Origin: Chiloscyllium plagiosum
Taxonomy: Eukaryota
Length of the DNA: 64,000 bases
Assembly (NCBI RefSeq): GCF_004010195.1
Contig: NC_057739.1
Location: forward strand, 5,879,227 to 5,943,226
Reading direction: 5' to 3'
The notes under the pieces are model-generated. The model did not search any database and had not been told where the DNA came from. It was given only the letters and a program-made list of their open reading frames with translations. The position numbers and the translations under genes were made by a program. Positions 25,017 through 37,990 of the stretch are shown here, in pieces (the stretch's first letter is position 1; every line of letters begins with the position of its first letter).

Positions 25017-25359
25017 GAGAGGATTGTAAGCCTGTTACAAAGGTGTCTACTCATGGAAAGCAGAGTAAGTATCTTTGTTTCTTGTAATTTAATCAAAAGA
25101 AGCAGGAGTGGGTGGAGTCAGGCTCACACAGACCCAGAGTTTTAGTTTTGCTTTCTGTTGGTGAAGTTGGGGTTTGTGAAGTTGAAGCTGCCAAACACAG
25201 CTCTCTTTCTCTCTGCTATTAGATTCCTGCTCCTGGACTGAAGAAGAGAACATGTGAGGAAATCTGTTTTGCTGAACTTGCCTTTGCCAATTTATGGGAT
25301 GCTGCTATGTTGGAACAGTTGAAGAGCAGTTGTTATGTAATTTATTATTTTGTTAATTA

Positions 25360-27355
25360 ACATCTTAAAGAATGTCCATACAACAGAGGAGGAAGTGCTG
25401 GGTATCTTAAAACGCAGAAAGGTGGATATGATCAGGATCTGATCAGGTGCACCCGAGAACTCCATGGGAAGCTAGGGAAGTGACTGCTGGGCCCCCATTT
25501 GACTCATCAATAGTCACAGATGAGGTGCTGGAAGACTGGAGGTTGGCTAATGTGGTGCCACTATTTAAGAAAGGTGGTAAGGAAAAGCCAGAGAACTATA
25601 GACCGGTGAGTCTGACATCAATGGGGAGGTGCCAGTTGTTGGAAGGAATCATGGTGGACAGGATTTAGATGCATTTGGAAAGACAAGGACTGATTAGAGA
25701 TAGTCAACATGGCTTTGTGCATGGGAAATCATGTCTCACTAACTTGATTGAGTTCTTTGAAGAAGTAACAAATAGGATTGATGAGGGCAGAGTGATGGAC
25801 GCGCTCTATATGGACTTCAGTAAGGCGTTCAGCAAGGGTACTCATGATAGACTGGTTAGCAAGTTTATCTCACATGGAATACAGGGAGAACTAGCCGTTT
25901 GGATACAGAACTGGCTCGAAGGTAGAAGACAGAGGATGGTGGTGGAAGGTTGCTTTTCTGATTGGAGGCCTGTGACCAGCAGTGTGCCACAAGGATTGGT
26001 GCTGGGATCACTGACTTTCGTCATTTATATAAATGATTTGGATGTGAACATAGGAAGTATAGTTACTAAGTTTGCAGATAACATCAAAACTGCAGGTGTA
26101 GTGGATGGTGAAGAAAGTTACCTCACAGATCACTCCTGTTGTGCTCAGATGTGCGAATGGGCTGAGGTGTGGCAGATAGGGTTTAATTTAGATAAATGTG
26201 AGGTGCTGCATTTTGGAAACGCAAATCAGGGTAACACTTATACACTTAACGGTAAGGCCCTGGGGAAACTTGCTGAACAAAAAGAGCTTGGTGTGTAGGT
26301 TCAAAGTTCCTTGAAAGTGGAGTTGCATGTAGATAGGATAGCGAAGAAGGCTTTTACTATGCTTTCCTTTATTGGTCAAAGCATTGAGTATAAGAGTTGG
26401 GAGGTCATGTTGTAGCTGTACAGAACATTCCTCACTTTTGCCTAGTTGATTTTAACCTTACTGTGAATCCTCTTGCAAGGATGCCTACTTTGAAGAAGTT
26501 CTCCTCCTCTCTCCACAAGAATCTCAGTGAGTCTCTCACTGCAACCCCCAGGTCATCTCCTCTGCCCTGAAGCTCTTACTCTTTGCTACCTTCTCCCACC
26601 CTCCTCTCTGACCTATCACTTTCATCCCCACCCCCATCCACCTATTGTACTCTTTCCTACCTTCTCCCCAGCACCCCCTTCCCATTTATCTCTCTACCCT
26701 GGAGGCTCACTGCCTTCATTCCTGATGAAGGGCTTTTTCCCAAAACGTAGATTTTCCTGCTCCTCGGATGCTGCCTGACCAGCTGTGCTTTTCCAGCACC
26801 ATCCAAGGTACAGGACATTGGTTAGGCCACTTTTGGAATATGGCGTGCAATTCTGGTCTCCTTTCTGTCAGAATGATGTTGTGAAACTTGAAATGGTTCA
26901 GAAAAGATTTACAAGGATGTTACCATGGTTGGAGGATTTCACCTATAGGCAGAGCTGAATAAGCTAGGGCTATCTTCCCTGTAGTGTTGGAGACAGAGGG
27001 GTGACCTCATAGAGGTTTATAAATCATGAAGGGCATGGATAGGGTAAATGGACCGGGTCTTTTCCCTGGGGGTTGGGGAGGTGGGGGTGGGGGGTAGCGG
27101 AGGACGTCCAGAACTGGAGGGTATAGGGGGAAAGATTTAAAAAGCATCTAAGGAGCATTTTTTCACGCAGAGGGCAGTGGGGGTATGGAATGAACTGTCA
27201 GAGGAAGTGATGGAGGCTGGTACAATTACAACATCTAAAGGGAATCTGGATGGGTATATGAATAGGAAGGGTTTAGAGGGATATGGACCAAGCACTGGAC
27301 CAGTTGGACTAAAGGGTCTGTTTCCATGCTGTACATCTCTAATCTAATGACTCTA
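25360..27355 (+). mobile_element. CR1/HER1 LINE RT region (pseudogene)
   Basis: ORFs 25447-25668 and 25669-26298: DWRLANVVPLFKKG, QHGFVHGKSCLTNL, DFSKAF, VPQG, FADN. Confidence 0.92.
26430..26807 (+). mobile_element. Penelope fragment inserted in CR1, with decayed hammerhead motif
   Basis: Flanked by GTACAG(A/G)ACATT duplication. CTGATGAAGGGCTTTTTCCCAAAACGTAG at 26722-26750. Confidence 0.78.
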
Positions 27356-27982
27356 CTTTGATAGAGTCAATGTGCCAATTCTTTCTTTGTTTGCATTTTA
27401 ACTGTGGTGCAAGGATAAAGTGTGTTTTAGGCTTAAAAGCCTAGTAGTTTGATTAGTCAAGTCACATCTGGGATATAGCATTTTACACTCAGCTACAAGA
27501 TAAAAGTTAGGGTCCAGAAGGGTCTGCTTCCAAGTTGTATGATTCCATGTTCTGAGAGAGTCTGTAACAAATTGAACAGCCTATCAAAACCCTATTTGCA
27601 CCCAGACAAAGGGCCCTTTAGAAAGTAGTGTCTGTGCATTGAACTGCATTCTATCATGAGAGCAATATTGGAATGGGGTGGTGGTGGAGATGGAGGAAAA
27701 AGAAGCCCTTAGGTTCATTGAGCTTCTGTTATGTCAATGTCAGATGCTCCATTAGCCTAATTTTTAAATTAGATGCTGTGTTTTCATGAACCATAACAAT
27801 TATCTAGCAAATGCACTAAAATGTTCTTAGGTCTTGCAAGACATTGCATAGACAGGTATTTTCTCTAAAGAATTTTAGTGACCAATCAACATCCATAACT
27901 CACTCCCACCAACAGGATAGGTTCTACTCTCTGACTACTGGAATAGATATCACCAAAGACTGCCTGTCTGGCCACAACTTAC

Positions 27983-28039
27983 CCCATACAGCTCGCATTT
28001 TGAGATGTCCAGAATATCATCTGCACCTGCCTCTCGGGC
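27983..28039 (-). CDS. LRSAM1: LRSAM1 coding exon 2: AREAGADDILDISKCELYG
   Basis: gtacag/gtaagt boundaries, 57 nt. Human counterpart AKEAGADDILDISKCELSE. Confidence 0.96.
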
Positions 28040-28369
28040 CTGTACAAAAGGGAAAGAGAGCATTGTAATTTGAACCTAATCAAAATGTGGAACTCACAGT
28101 TACACACTTAAAACAAAAAGAGACAACAAGCCAGAGAATGAGATTCTCTCAAACCTTCGTAAGCTGTATCTGCAATAACTTTCACACACCTTTGTGAGAA
28201 AATGAGAACGGGGCAGTGGTAGATGTGGTGGATTTGGATTTCCACAAGGCAATGATATGGTGCCACGTAAAAGGCTATTGCACAGTTCAGGAGCTCGTGG
28301 CACTGGAGGTACTGCATTATCAGATTGAGGATTGGCTAACACAAGACAAAAGAACAGTCAAGAATAATA

Positions 28370-28522
28370 AAACAAAGAACTGCAGATGCTGAAGATCTGC
28401 AACAAAAGAAAACAGATATTGCTGCAGAAGGGTCACTAGACTCGAAATGTTAACTCAGTCCCTCTCTCCAAAGATGCTGTCGATGTGCTGAGTTTCTCTA
28501 GCAATTGCTGTTTTTGCTTCAG
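28370..28522 (+). mobile_element. Penelope-derived inverted short element, family B
   Basis: CTGCAGA-A-GGGTC-ACTA-GACTC-GAAATGTT-AACT at 28422-28455, with inverted flanks. Confidence 0.65.
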
Positions 28523-28756
28523 GTAATGACACTTTTTCAGATTGGAAAGATACAATAAATGGAGTTCCACAACGTTCAGTCCTATGACTGTCATTATTTT
28601 CAATCTATATTAATGACTTGAAAGGGGGGCATAGTGCAATGTACCTAAATTTAATAATGACAGAAATAGGTGGGAGGGCACTTTATGATAAGGACATAAA
28701 GAATCTGCAAATGGCCATAGATACAACGAGTCAAAGACTTGACAAATGAAATTTAA

Positions 28757-31700
28757 AACACAGAACAGTACAGCACTGTTACAGGACCTTCGGCCCTTGA
28801 TATTGTGCTGACCTTTTATCCTACTCTAAGATCAGACTAACTAACATACCCTTCATTTTACTATCATCCATGTGCCTATCCAAGAGTCACTTATATGTCC
28901 CTGATGTATCTGACTCTACTACCACTGCTGGCAGTGCATTCCACACACCCACCATTCTGTGTGTAAAAATCTACCTCTAACATCTCCCCTCAACCTTCCT
29001 CCAATCACCTTAAAATTATGCCCCCTCATGATACACATTCCTGACATGGGAAAAAAAAAGTCTTTGGTTATCCACTCTATCTATGCCTCTCATCATCTTG
29101 AACACCTTTATCAAGACACCTCTCAAGCCTCTTCGCTCCAATGAGAAAAGCCCTAGCTCCCTCAATCTTTCTTCTTAAGACATGCCCTCCAGTCCAGGCA
29201 TCCTGTTAAATTTCCTCTGCACCCTCCCTAAAGCTTCCACATCTTTCCTATTACAAGGCAATCAGAACTGAACACAATATTCCAAGTGTGGTCTAATCAT
29301 GGCTCTATAGACCTGCAGCATAACCTCATGGCTCCTAAATGCAATCCCCCTGTTAATGAAACTCAACACAACATACGCCTTCTTAACAATCCTATCAACT
29401 TGGGTGGCAACTTTGACGGATCTATGGACGTGGACACCGAGATCCCTCTGTACCTCCACAATGCCAAGAATCTTGCCTTTAACCCTGTATTCTACATTCA
29501 AATTCAACCTTCCAAAGTGAATGATTTCACACTTGTCCAGGTTGAACTATATCTGTCATTTATCAGCCCAGTTCTGCATCCTGTCAATTCCCGTTGGAAT
29601 CAACTCCACCAACCTTCATGTCATCAGCAAACTTACTAACCCAACAGCACACAATCACAAAGTGCAGAGGTGTCAGAACTGATCCCTGCAAAACACCACT
29701 GGTCACCATGCTTAATGCTGAATACTGTCCAATTACCACCACCCTGTTTCTAATATGGGCCAGTCAATTCTGTATCCAAGTAACCAGATTTCCCTGCATC
29801 CCATGCCTCCTTACTTGCTGAATGAGCGTACCATGGGGAACCTTATCAAATGCTTTGCTAAAATCCATGTACACCACATACACTGCTCTACGTTCATCTA
29901 TGTGTATTGTTACATCCTCAAAGAATTCAGTAAAGTTTGTGAGGCATGACCAGCCCTCACAAAGTTTGATTATCTGTTATCAAACGATGGTTTTCCAAGT
30001 AATCATAAATCCGGTCTCTCAGAATCCTCTCCAATACTTTGCCCACCACTGACGTAAGACTGACTGGTCTGTAGTTCCCAGAATTATTCCTAATCCCATT
30101 CTAGAACAAGGGAATATAATTTGCCAGCCTCCTACCATCTGGGCACTACTCCAGTGGACAGTGAGGATGCAAAAATTATCGCCAATGGCACAGCAATCTC
30201 TTCCCTTGGTTCCTGTAACAACCTAGGCTATATTTTTTGTTTAAGAATTGACCGACAGGTTTAGACAGTACATTTGGATCGGCTCAGGCTTGAAGGGCCG
30301 AAGGGGCTGTTCCTGGGCTGTAAATTTTCTTTGTTCTTTGTATATCCTGTTTGGCACAGGGGATTTATCTACCTTACGTTTTTCAAACATTTCAGCACAT
30401 CCTCCTTCTTAATATCAATCTGTTCGAGCACATCAGTTTGTTTCACACTGTCCTTAGAAACGTCAAGGTCCCACTCACTAGTGAATTTTGAAGCAAAGTA
30501 TTCATTAAAGACCTCCCCTACCTCCTCTGACTACAGGTGTAAGTTTCTTCCATTATCCCTGTCTGGCCCTAACCTCACTCTGGCCATCCTCTTACTCCTC
30601 ACATAAGCATGGAATGCCTAAGGGTTTTCCTTAATCCTTCCTGCTGAAGCTTTTTCATGCCCCCTTCTAGCTCTCCAAAGTTCATTCTTCAGTTCCTTCC
30701 TTGTGACCCTCCAAAACCCTGTCTGATCCTTGCCTCCTCAACCTTAAGTAAGCTTCCTTTTTCCTCGACTAGATGTTCCACATCCCTTGTCACCCAAGGT
30801 TCTTTCAACATACCATCCCTTCCTTGTCTCAGTGGGACAAACCTGTCCAGCCCTTTCAGCACGTGCTCCTGAAACAACCTCCACATTTCTGGTGTCCCCT
30901 GAGAACATCTGTTCCCACCCCAGTTCCTGCTGAATAGCATTTTAATTTCCTTCCCCCCCCAACCGCGACCAATTAAATACTTTCCCATACCTTCTGCTCC
31001 TAACCCTCCCATATAGAGAAGGTCAGGGAGTTGTGACCACTATCACCAAAATGCTCTCCCATTGAGAGGTCTGACACCTGGCCTGGTTCATTGCCATGCA
31101 CCAAATCCAATATGGCCTCTCCTCTAGTCGGCCTATCTACATATTGAGTCAGGAACCCTTCCTGGACACACCTGACAAAATCTGCTCCATCCAAATGACT
31201 TAAACTAAAAAGGTTCCGATTAATATTAGGGAAGCTCAAGTCAACCATGACAACAACCCTGCTACATCTGCACCTTTCCAAAATCTGTCTCCCAATCTGC
31301 TCATTGGTGTCTCTTTTGCTCTTTTGGGGGGAGGCTGTAGAAAACTCCCAATAAAGTGACTGCTCCTTTCCTGACTCCTCCCATACTGACTTAGTAGATA
31401 AAACCTCCTCGACAGCCTCCCTTTCCGTAGCTGTGATACTATCCCTGATTAGCAATACCATTCCTCCACCTCTTTTACCTCCCCTCCCCCATTCCTTTTG
31501 AAACATCTAAACCCTGGAACATCCAACTATATTTTCTGCCCCTGTGATATCCAAGTCTCCATAATGGCTACAACATCATAGTTCCAAGTACTGATCCATG
31601 CTCCAAGTTCATCACCCTTAACCCTGATACTTCTTGCATTAAAACTGACACACTTCAACCTATCGCACTGACTGCACCTTTGCCCTATCAAATGACTATC

Positions 31701-32166
31701 CCTTGTCACAGAACTCTGTGCACACTGTACTTGGCAATTCACTGCCTACTCCATCATCTGATCCGTAGCTCCAGTTCCCATCCCCTTGCCAATCTGGTTT
31801 TAACCCTCCAGAAGAACTCTAGCAAATCTCCCGCCCAAGAATATTAGTGTCCCTCCAGTTCAGGTGCAACCCGTCTCTCTTGTACACTTCCCACATTCCC
31901 CAAAAGGTATCCCAATGATCCCCATATCTGAAGCCCTCCCTCCTACACCAGCCCTGCAGCCACGTGATGATCTGCACTCGCTCTCTATTCCTAGCCTCAC
32001 TACCTTGGCACCGGCAGCAATCCTGAGATTACTACTCTGCTCATCCTGCCTTCTAGGTTCCAACCTAACTCCCTATATTATTTTTTCAGGTCCTCCTTCC
32101 TTTCCCTACCTATGTCATTGATACTGATGGGTACCACGACTTTTGGGTGCTCTCCCTCCCCCTTAA
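28757..32166 (-). mobile_element. Long CR1 LINE (ORF1 esterase remnant, endonuclease, RT, 3' tail) nested in an older plus-strand CR1 (~28130-28755 and 32166-32610)
   Basis: VVVPISINDIGR (GTND-type esterase motif, ~32110-32140), FNARSI..YDVVAIMETW, RPTRGEAILDLV, RT and RPHLEYCVQF remnants. AATTTAA at both junctions. Confidence 0.88.
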
Positions 32167-32809
32167 GAATTTAATGTAAAAAAGTGTGAGGTCATACGCT
32201 TTGGTAGGAAAAATCATAATCAAGACTATTATCTAAAAAGAGAAAGAGCCCAAAGCACAGAAGGATCAATGTGTTCTTGTTCATGATACACAATGTTAGC
32301 ACACAGGTGCAGCAAGCAATTAAGAAGGAAAATGGAATATTGTTTTTTCTTCTAAAGGATTTGAGTTTAAGAATAGGATAGGACATCGGTGGGGCTGTAC
32401 CTGGAGTAAATTTAGGTTCCATATTTAAAACAGGATTTGCTGGTGTAGGAAGCAGTTAAAAAGAAATTCATTCCACAGATTCCTGGGATGAAGGAGTTTT
32501 CAAAAATGGTTAAATGGTTTTTGGGGAAAATCAATCACGATCTTATCAAATGGTGGGACAAGTTTGAGGGGCCAAATGGCTGACTGCTGCTCCTATTTCT
32601 CATTCTCCTGAGTCTTAACCTGTGCCTCTTAGTTCTGGACATTCCTATAAGAAATATCCACCCTGTCAAGTCCCCAGGATGCATGTGTTTTACATTGAGA
32701 AGCACAGAATGACTAAACAAAAAGATTCAAAGATTAAACATGTCAAATTATTTAAGGGGATGATAGAAAAATGCAACAGGGGGGAGGGAAAGCATCGGCA
32801 TGATAATAG

Positions 32810-32982
32810 TCATGGTTTGGAGGTGCCAATGTTGGACTGGGGTGTGCAAAATTAAAAATCACACAACACCAGGTTTTAGTTCAACAGGTTTTAATTGGAA
32901 GCACCTAATGAAGGAGCGGCGCTCCAAAAGCTAGTGCTTCTAATTAAACTTGTTGGACTATAACCTGATGTTGCGATTTTTT
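32810..32982 (+). mobile_element. Palindromic short element, family C, with 12-bp TSD and decayed hammerhead motif
   Basis: TSD GCATGATAATAG at 32798-32809 and 32983-32994. CAC-CTAATGA-A-GGAGC-GGC-GCTCC-AAAAGCTA-GTG at 32902-32936. Confidence 0.8.
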
Positions 32983-35448
32983 GCATGATAATAGGGTATT
33001 AAGAGGTTTGTGTGTGGTAGAAACATCAGCATTGATTCAGTAGGCCCAAGTGGCCGGTTTTTGTGCTACTAGACTGTTATAAACCAGAGCAGCTACTTTA
33101 GCTGGAGCAGGTCAGTGGTTATAAACAGATTACACCACACTATGCTTTAGCAGTTACACAGCAACAGAATTACACCTCCATCCCCCACCCCACAACTATC
33201 TCCTCAGTGATGCAGACATTTCTAGGTCATAAAAAGAACCACTCAAATGCCTGAAGACTATTACAGAACCATTGGTGATAGGCACAGAAACATTTTCTCA
33301 TGCCTGTCAAGTCCCAAACATTGCATAAAACTGCATGGATCATATAGCCAATAAACAGGTTGTTCAGCCCATAGAGCTGCTAGTTGTTTCTTCCTAGTCA
33401 CTTTTCTCTTGTATACATGTCTAATTTCCTTTTGAAAGCATCCAAGTGATATACCTCAACCACTTCCTATAGGAAGTATAAATGCAAAGGAACAAATTGC
33501 TCATTTACTCATTAGGTTTATTAACGATTTTGTATTTACAGATCCGAGTTTTGAATCCTCCCAGAAGGTGAAACCTCTTCTCCACACCTACCCTGCAATT
33601 GCTATAACAGTTTAAGGAGCTCAACAGGCCACTCTTATGAAATAGCCAAACAATTCAATCTTTCCAAATTGCTGGGGTCCAAAGACTCTAGCAATCAAAC
33701 AGGCTGGGATCTTCTTATGGTGGACAGGCAGAGTGTCAGAACTGAAGCCACTCAGTCAACCACCTCTTTATTTATAACAGAGTACAAGGCTCACTCCACT
33801 CTTGTAATCACAGTATTGTTTTAGAATAGCTTAATCCTTCAAGATATTCATAGTTCCAGGCATTCTTTCATTATCTTCAATGGGGCAGGGTGTTGAAGCT
33901 GAGAGGAAAATGCCTGGCTCTCTTCTGACTGGCTGATAATAGTGGCATCAAAACTATTGGCAAGTTGCCAGTTACAGTCGAGCTATGGATAAATGAGAAA
34001 GAAAAAGAGCTCTTCAAACCCACACACCCCATATTCCGTCACCCACAGGCGATTAAATATTTAATCCACATTGGGGGGAGAGGGGGTCGTGTGTGAGAGA
34101 TGGGGCTGAAGGGTGAAATGGTATAGAATCACCCAATTTCTCTGGCTACCAATTTCTCTGGATCGAGAACAAGAGGACACAGGTGCAAAGTCATTGGTTA
34201 AAGAAATAACAACATTTCTTTATTGATGTTGACTCATTTGGAGTGAACATGTTGACTCATTTAGATTGATGAAAACAGATTTAGCTGAAGCACTGAATAG
34301 AGAATTCTGCAGCTTAATTGTCTAATTACGGAGAGAAGGTAACACTGGGTGATGGTGGTCATTTGGAGAACCAGCACAGATACAATAGGCTCATCTTACA
34401 CTGCAACACTTCTGTGATTATGATTTAATATGGGGTAAAAGAATATAATTCTGCTCAATAGAGTGAGAAGTGTTAGGTTAAGCACATTCATTTCCATAAC
34501 ACAGCACTGTGAGGGGTGACATTGTAAACTTTTCACTGTACTTCTGTACTTGAGTACACATGACAATAAGCCTAATTTTAATTCTAAACTTGATCTGAAC
34601 TGTGTTGCTACCTGGGCAGTATATTGCCCCACCTCCCTCTGCATATACAAACATAAAAGCCATCCAAAGTCTGCAGTCCATCTCTTTACCCACATCCCAG
34701 TTTTTCTAATTTTATCTACCTCCGTGCCACAGAGAATCCAGGTTCTCGACCTTTTTGCTGATCTCTAATCTCTTCCACACACCCCTGCTCTGTCCTTTCG
34801 TGCACCGTTCACTCCTCAAACACAGTTTCTTTGTCACAAGCTACTCCTTCGATCACTCAGCCTCTGCAACTTGCTCAGCATCACTGTCAACTCAACCATC
34901 TTCCTTCAAATCTCCCCCCGCATCTGTATCCGTCTTGGTTTGAGCTGAAAATGGCTGAGGCGAAAACCAGGGATCATGGGGTCTCCACTGCACTCAGCAG
35001 CTCTTTCCCTTGTCACCAAATGGGTCCAGCGACTTGGCTGTTACCATCTCCACTCACAGACAAAGGGGTTTCAAATGTGGGAGAAACAACTTGTCGATTA
35101 TTGTCATCAACTTTAGGAGACGAGAATAAAGTCAGTTTCATTTCAGGGAAAAATACAAACACCCCATCGGATCGAAGAGCCGACATGGATTTAAATCATT
35201 CGGATGTGAAATGTTGACTGTGGGGAAAGAGACAGAGCCACAGATCAGACAGAGCCCTGTTCTTCGCCCCGCAGTCTCTCTCTCTCTCTCTGTCTCCTTG
35301 CTACCCCCATCATTACGATTCCACCATCATCTCCAACTCCCAGCCTGACTCTTCCCAGTCATCCCCATCTCCCTCTGCTCTCCAGCGGACCCCACACCCT
35401 CTCCCCTGGCCCCCCCATCTCCCACCCCCGACCTCACCCAGGCCTCAC

Positions 35449-35520
35449 CAGGCATATCTGATATTCCAGTCGTTTCCGCGCCTCTTCGCTCTGCTTCTTC
35501 TTCCGAGTGAAGAGCATCAT
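35449..35520 (-). CDS. LRSAM1: LRSAM1 (E3 ubiquitin ligase) first coding exon: [24 protein letters not shown]
   Basis: 72 nt, donor GTGAGG. Human N-terminus [24 protein letters not shown]. The nine exons sum to 750 nt in frame, and the gene continues toward or beyond the window start. Confidence 0.96.
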
Positions 35521-36134
35521 CTCGGGCCTAGCGAAGTTCCAAATTCCCCGCGGCCGGACAACAGCGGAGGCGACGAGGCAGCACCCCGGGGGCGGAGAAG
35601 CAGCAAGACAACGGCCCAGTCTCGAGGCGGGGCTCCTTTCCAGTGTCCCCGGGCCGGTCTGCAGCCAGAAAGCTCCCGCTAGATCCTCGTCCCAAACAGC
35701 GAGCGACAGCTCTCCAACTTCCACCTCCTATCACTCCTCCAGAGCTAACGAGTGTGCCGAGTGAGGCAAGAGGCACCGCCGATACCAACGGCATCAAACA
35801 GAAAACAAGGGGTGTCACTAACCGCGCACCTCCCAAAAAATCAACAAGTGTCGCAAGACGACAGCCCGGGGAACGGCAACATCAAGTTACAACACTGTGC
35901 AAACGTTCACTATGATTTTTCACTTGATTATTTACTGGATGTTTGAAACGTAGTTGACATTCGGATTTTCAAGTTGTGATTGTTTTGGTTTTACGAGCAA
36001 AACATTTGCGCAAGCGCAGTGCATCGGAAGTAGGCATGCACTGGTTACTGCCATATTTCTGAGCATGCTCAGTCAGGGTTAGCGCATGTGTATTTCTGGA
36101 TTTGTGCAAGGCTTGATAGCAGCAAGTAACAATG

Positions 36135-36298
36135 TGGAGGAGACGATGTAGAACTAGGGTGGACAAAGTTAAAACTACACAACACCAGGTTATAGTTCAA
36201 CAGTTTGTTTGGAAGCATGAATAGCGCTCCGAATACTAATGCTTTCAAATAAACCTGTTGGTCAACAACCTGCTATTGTGTGACTTTTAAACTCTGTC
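36135..36298. mobile_element. Older family C palindromic element within the bidirectional promoter
   Basis: acaaagttaaaactacacaacaccaggttatagttcaacag..aaacctgttggtcaacaacctgctattgtgtgacttttaaactctgt, homologous to 32810-32982. Confidence 0.75.
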
Positions 36299-36364
36299 GT
36301 CACTGGCCACATTCAAAATGGCGCTCTCCCCGTGCCCTTGGAAACCTCGCGAGAGTTTACTGGG

Positions 36365-36402
36365 TATATAAAGCTGCGAGAGTCAGCGCTGTTTCTCTTC
36401 AG
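36365..36402 (+). promoter_or_regulatory. RPL12: RPL12 core promoter: TATA box and polypyrimidine TCT/5'TOP initiator
   Basis: TATATAAA at 36365-36372 and TTTCTCTTC at 36392-36400, about 30 nt downstream, as expected for ribosomal protein genes. Confidence 0.8.
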
Positions 36403-36497
36403 CTGCTCCTGTCGGTGACGGTGTAACTTTTTCTCGGTCGTCCCGAACCCGGGTTCATCCGACACCGAAACCGCGCGCCAGTGCACTACCCGCGAGG

Positions 36498-36534
36498 ATG
36501 CCTCCCAAATTCGATCCCAACGAAGTTAAAATCG
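36498..36534 (+). CDS. RPL12: RPL12 (uL11) coding exon 1: MPPKFDPNEVKI
   Basis: 37 nt, donor GTGTGT. Conserved RPL12 N-terminus. Confidence 0.98.
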
Positions 36535-37140
36535 GTGTGTACGTAATGGATGGGGGAGGCTGCAGGGCCTGGGGTTAGGGGCGGGGGAGGCCATGCGCTT
36601 AGGCCCGGGCACGTGTCCCGTGTGTCAGCGCGGATTCTGGGCCACTGGCTGCACTCCCGGGTAAGTGTGTCTCCGTTCACGGAATGGCAGCAGTTTGAGG
36701 TGTTCCTACTGGTGCTGTTCTGTTCTCAGCTTCAGCTAAGTTTCCTCATTACACTTTTACGATCTGAGATCTTGAATACTCTCTGGGCACACTGTACTAC
36801 CCTTTTATTGTACTTGTAGTTGATGTTTCCTTTTGTTTCCTTTTCAAATTAACAAAAACGCTCGATAAATCCGAGCGTCTGGGTTATTTTGTTTGCGATT
36901 GCTGCTGCACAAAGGCTTGCTGCAGGCTGATTGTCAAACACTTCTGAGTTCTCATGTTTTGTTTCTTTGGATTTGTAAATGGAGGGATGCAGTAAATAGC
37001 ACTAATCCATGGGTGGGATAAAGCAACAATTTTCATTGTAAGAATGTTGCCTTTAGTCTCCTATTCATGTTGTGCAGTGTCCAATTTTGGGCATAGTTCA
37101 GGATTAAGATCAGGTTCTTCACTCGGGCATGTATCTGTGT

Positions 37141-37344
37141 AGTGTGTGGTGCTGGAAAAGTACAGCAGGTCATGCAGCATCCGAGGAGCAGGAAAATCGA
37201 CGTTTTGGGCCGGAGCCCCTGATGAAGGCTTTATGCCCAAAACATCGATTCTCCTGCTCCTCGGATGCTGTCTAACCTGCTGTGCTTTTCCGGGAACACA
37301 CACTCCACTCTGATCTCCAGTATCTGCAGACCTCGCTGTCTCCT
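37141..37344. mobile_element. Palindromic Penelope-derived element in RPL12 intron 1
   Basis: Inverted arms meeting at ~37210-37218. CTGATGAAGGCTTTATGCCCAAAACATC at 37219-37246. Confidence 0.8.
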
Positions 37345-37777
37345 ACGAATCTACGGTATTCTCTTAAAAGCTGTGCATGTATGGCCATGAAGTTGAGATG
37401 AGACTAGGATTGGAAAATTGAATTGAGGGGTTTAGTACAGCTGCAATCTTGTTAATAGTGGAGCAAACTTGAGGGGCTTTGTCGTGTGTACATGTTCTTG
37501 TAGGTCCTGAAATACTTTTGCTAATTCCATCATTCAAGAAAACATAAGGGTCTGTTTCTATGGTGTGACTCTTGACAGTAGTGCTCAATTTTTTTCACTA
37601 CCACACATGTATTGTCTAAGGGCAGCTGATGACTGATATTGCTTTTTCCTTAAACTCAAGATTACTTTTTAAACAATGATGTTTAACTGCAATGAATTTA
37701 ATGTGAACAGACCTGCAAGTTGCTTCTGCTTGGAGTATTTGATTGTCAGGATTTTTTCAGTTGCTGAACTGTTGTAA

Positions 37778-37990
<213 letters not shown>

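Larger units (their letters stand above)
25033..27569 (+). mobile_element. Probable solo LTR (Gypsy-like) split by a CR1 insertion
   Basis: Inverted termini TGTTACA (25033) and TGTAACA (27563-27569). LTR-like halves at ~25033-25360 and ~27356-27569. No TSD match. Confidence 0.5.
35400..36680. promoter_or_regulatory. CpG-rich bidirectional promoter region of LRSAM1 and RPL12
   Basis: High CpG density. NRF1-like TGCGCAAGCGCA (36007-36018), ETS CGGAAGT (36025-36031), YY1-like AAAATGGCG (36315-36323), CTCGCGAGA palindrome (36346-36354). Confidence 0.8.

Noticed and set aside
35507-35946. Several 64-102 aa ORFs around the LRSAM1 start
   Set aside because: Expected by chance in GC-rich promoter/5'UTR sequence. 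Only the 35449-35520 segment has homology.
37672-37773. C/D snoRNA-like segment (ATGATGT..CTGA with short terminal stem) in RPL12 intron 1
   Set aside because: Imperfect C box and no recognisable rRNA complementarity.
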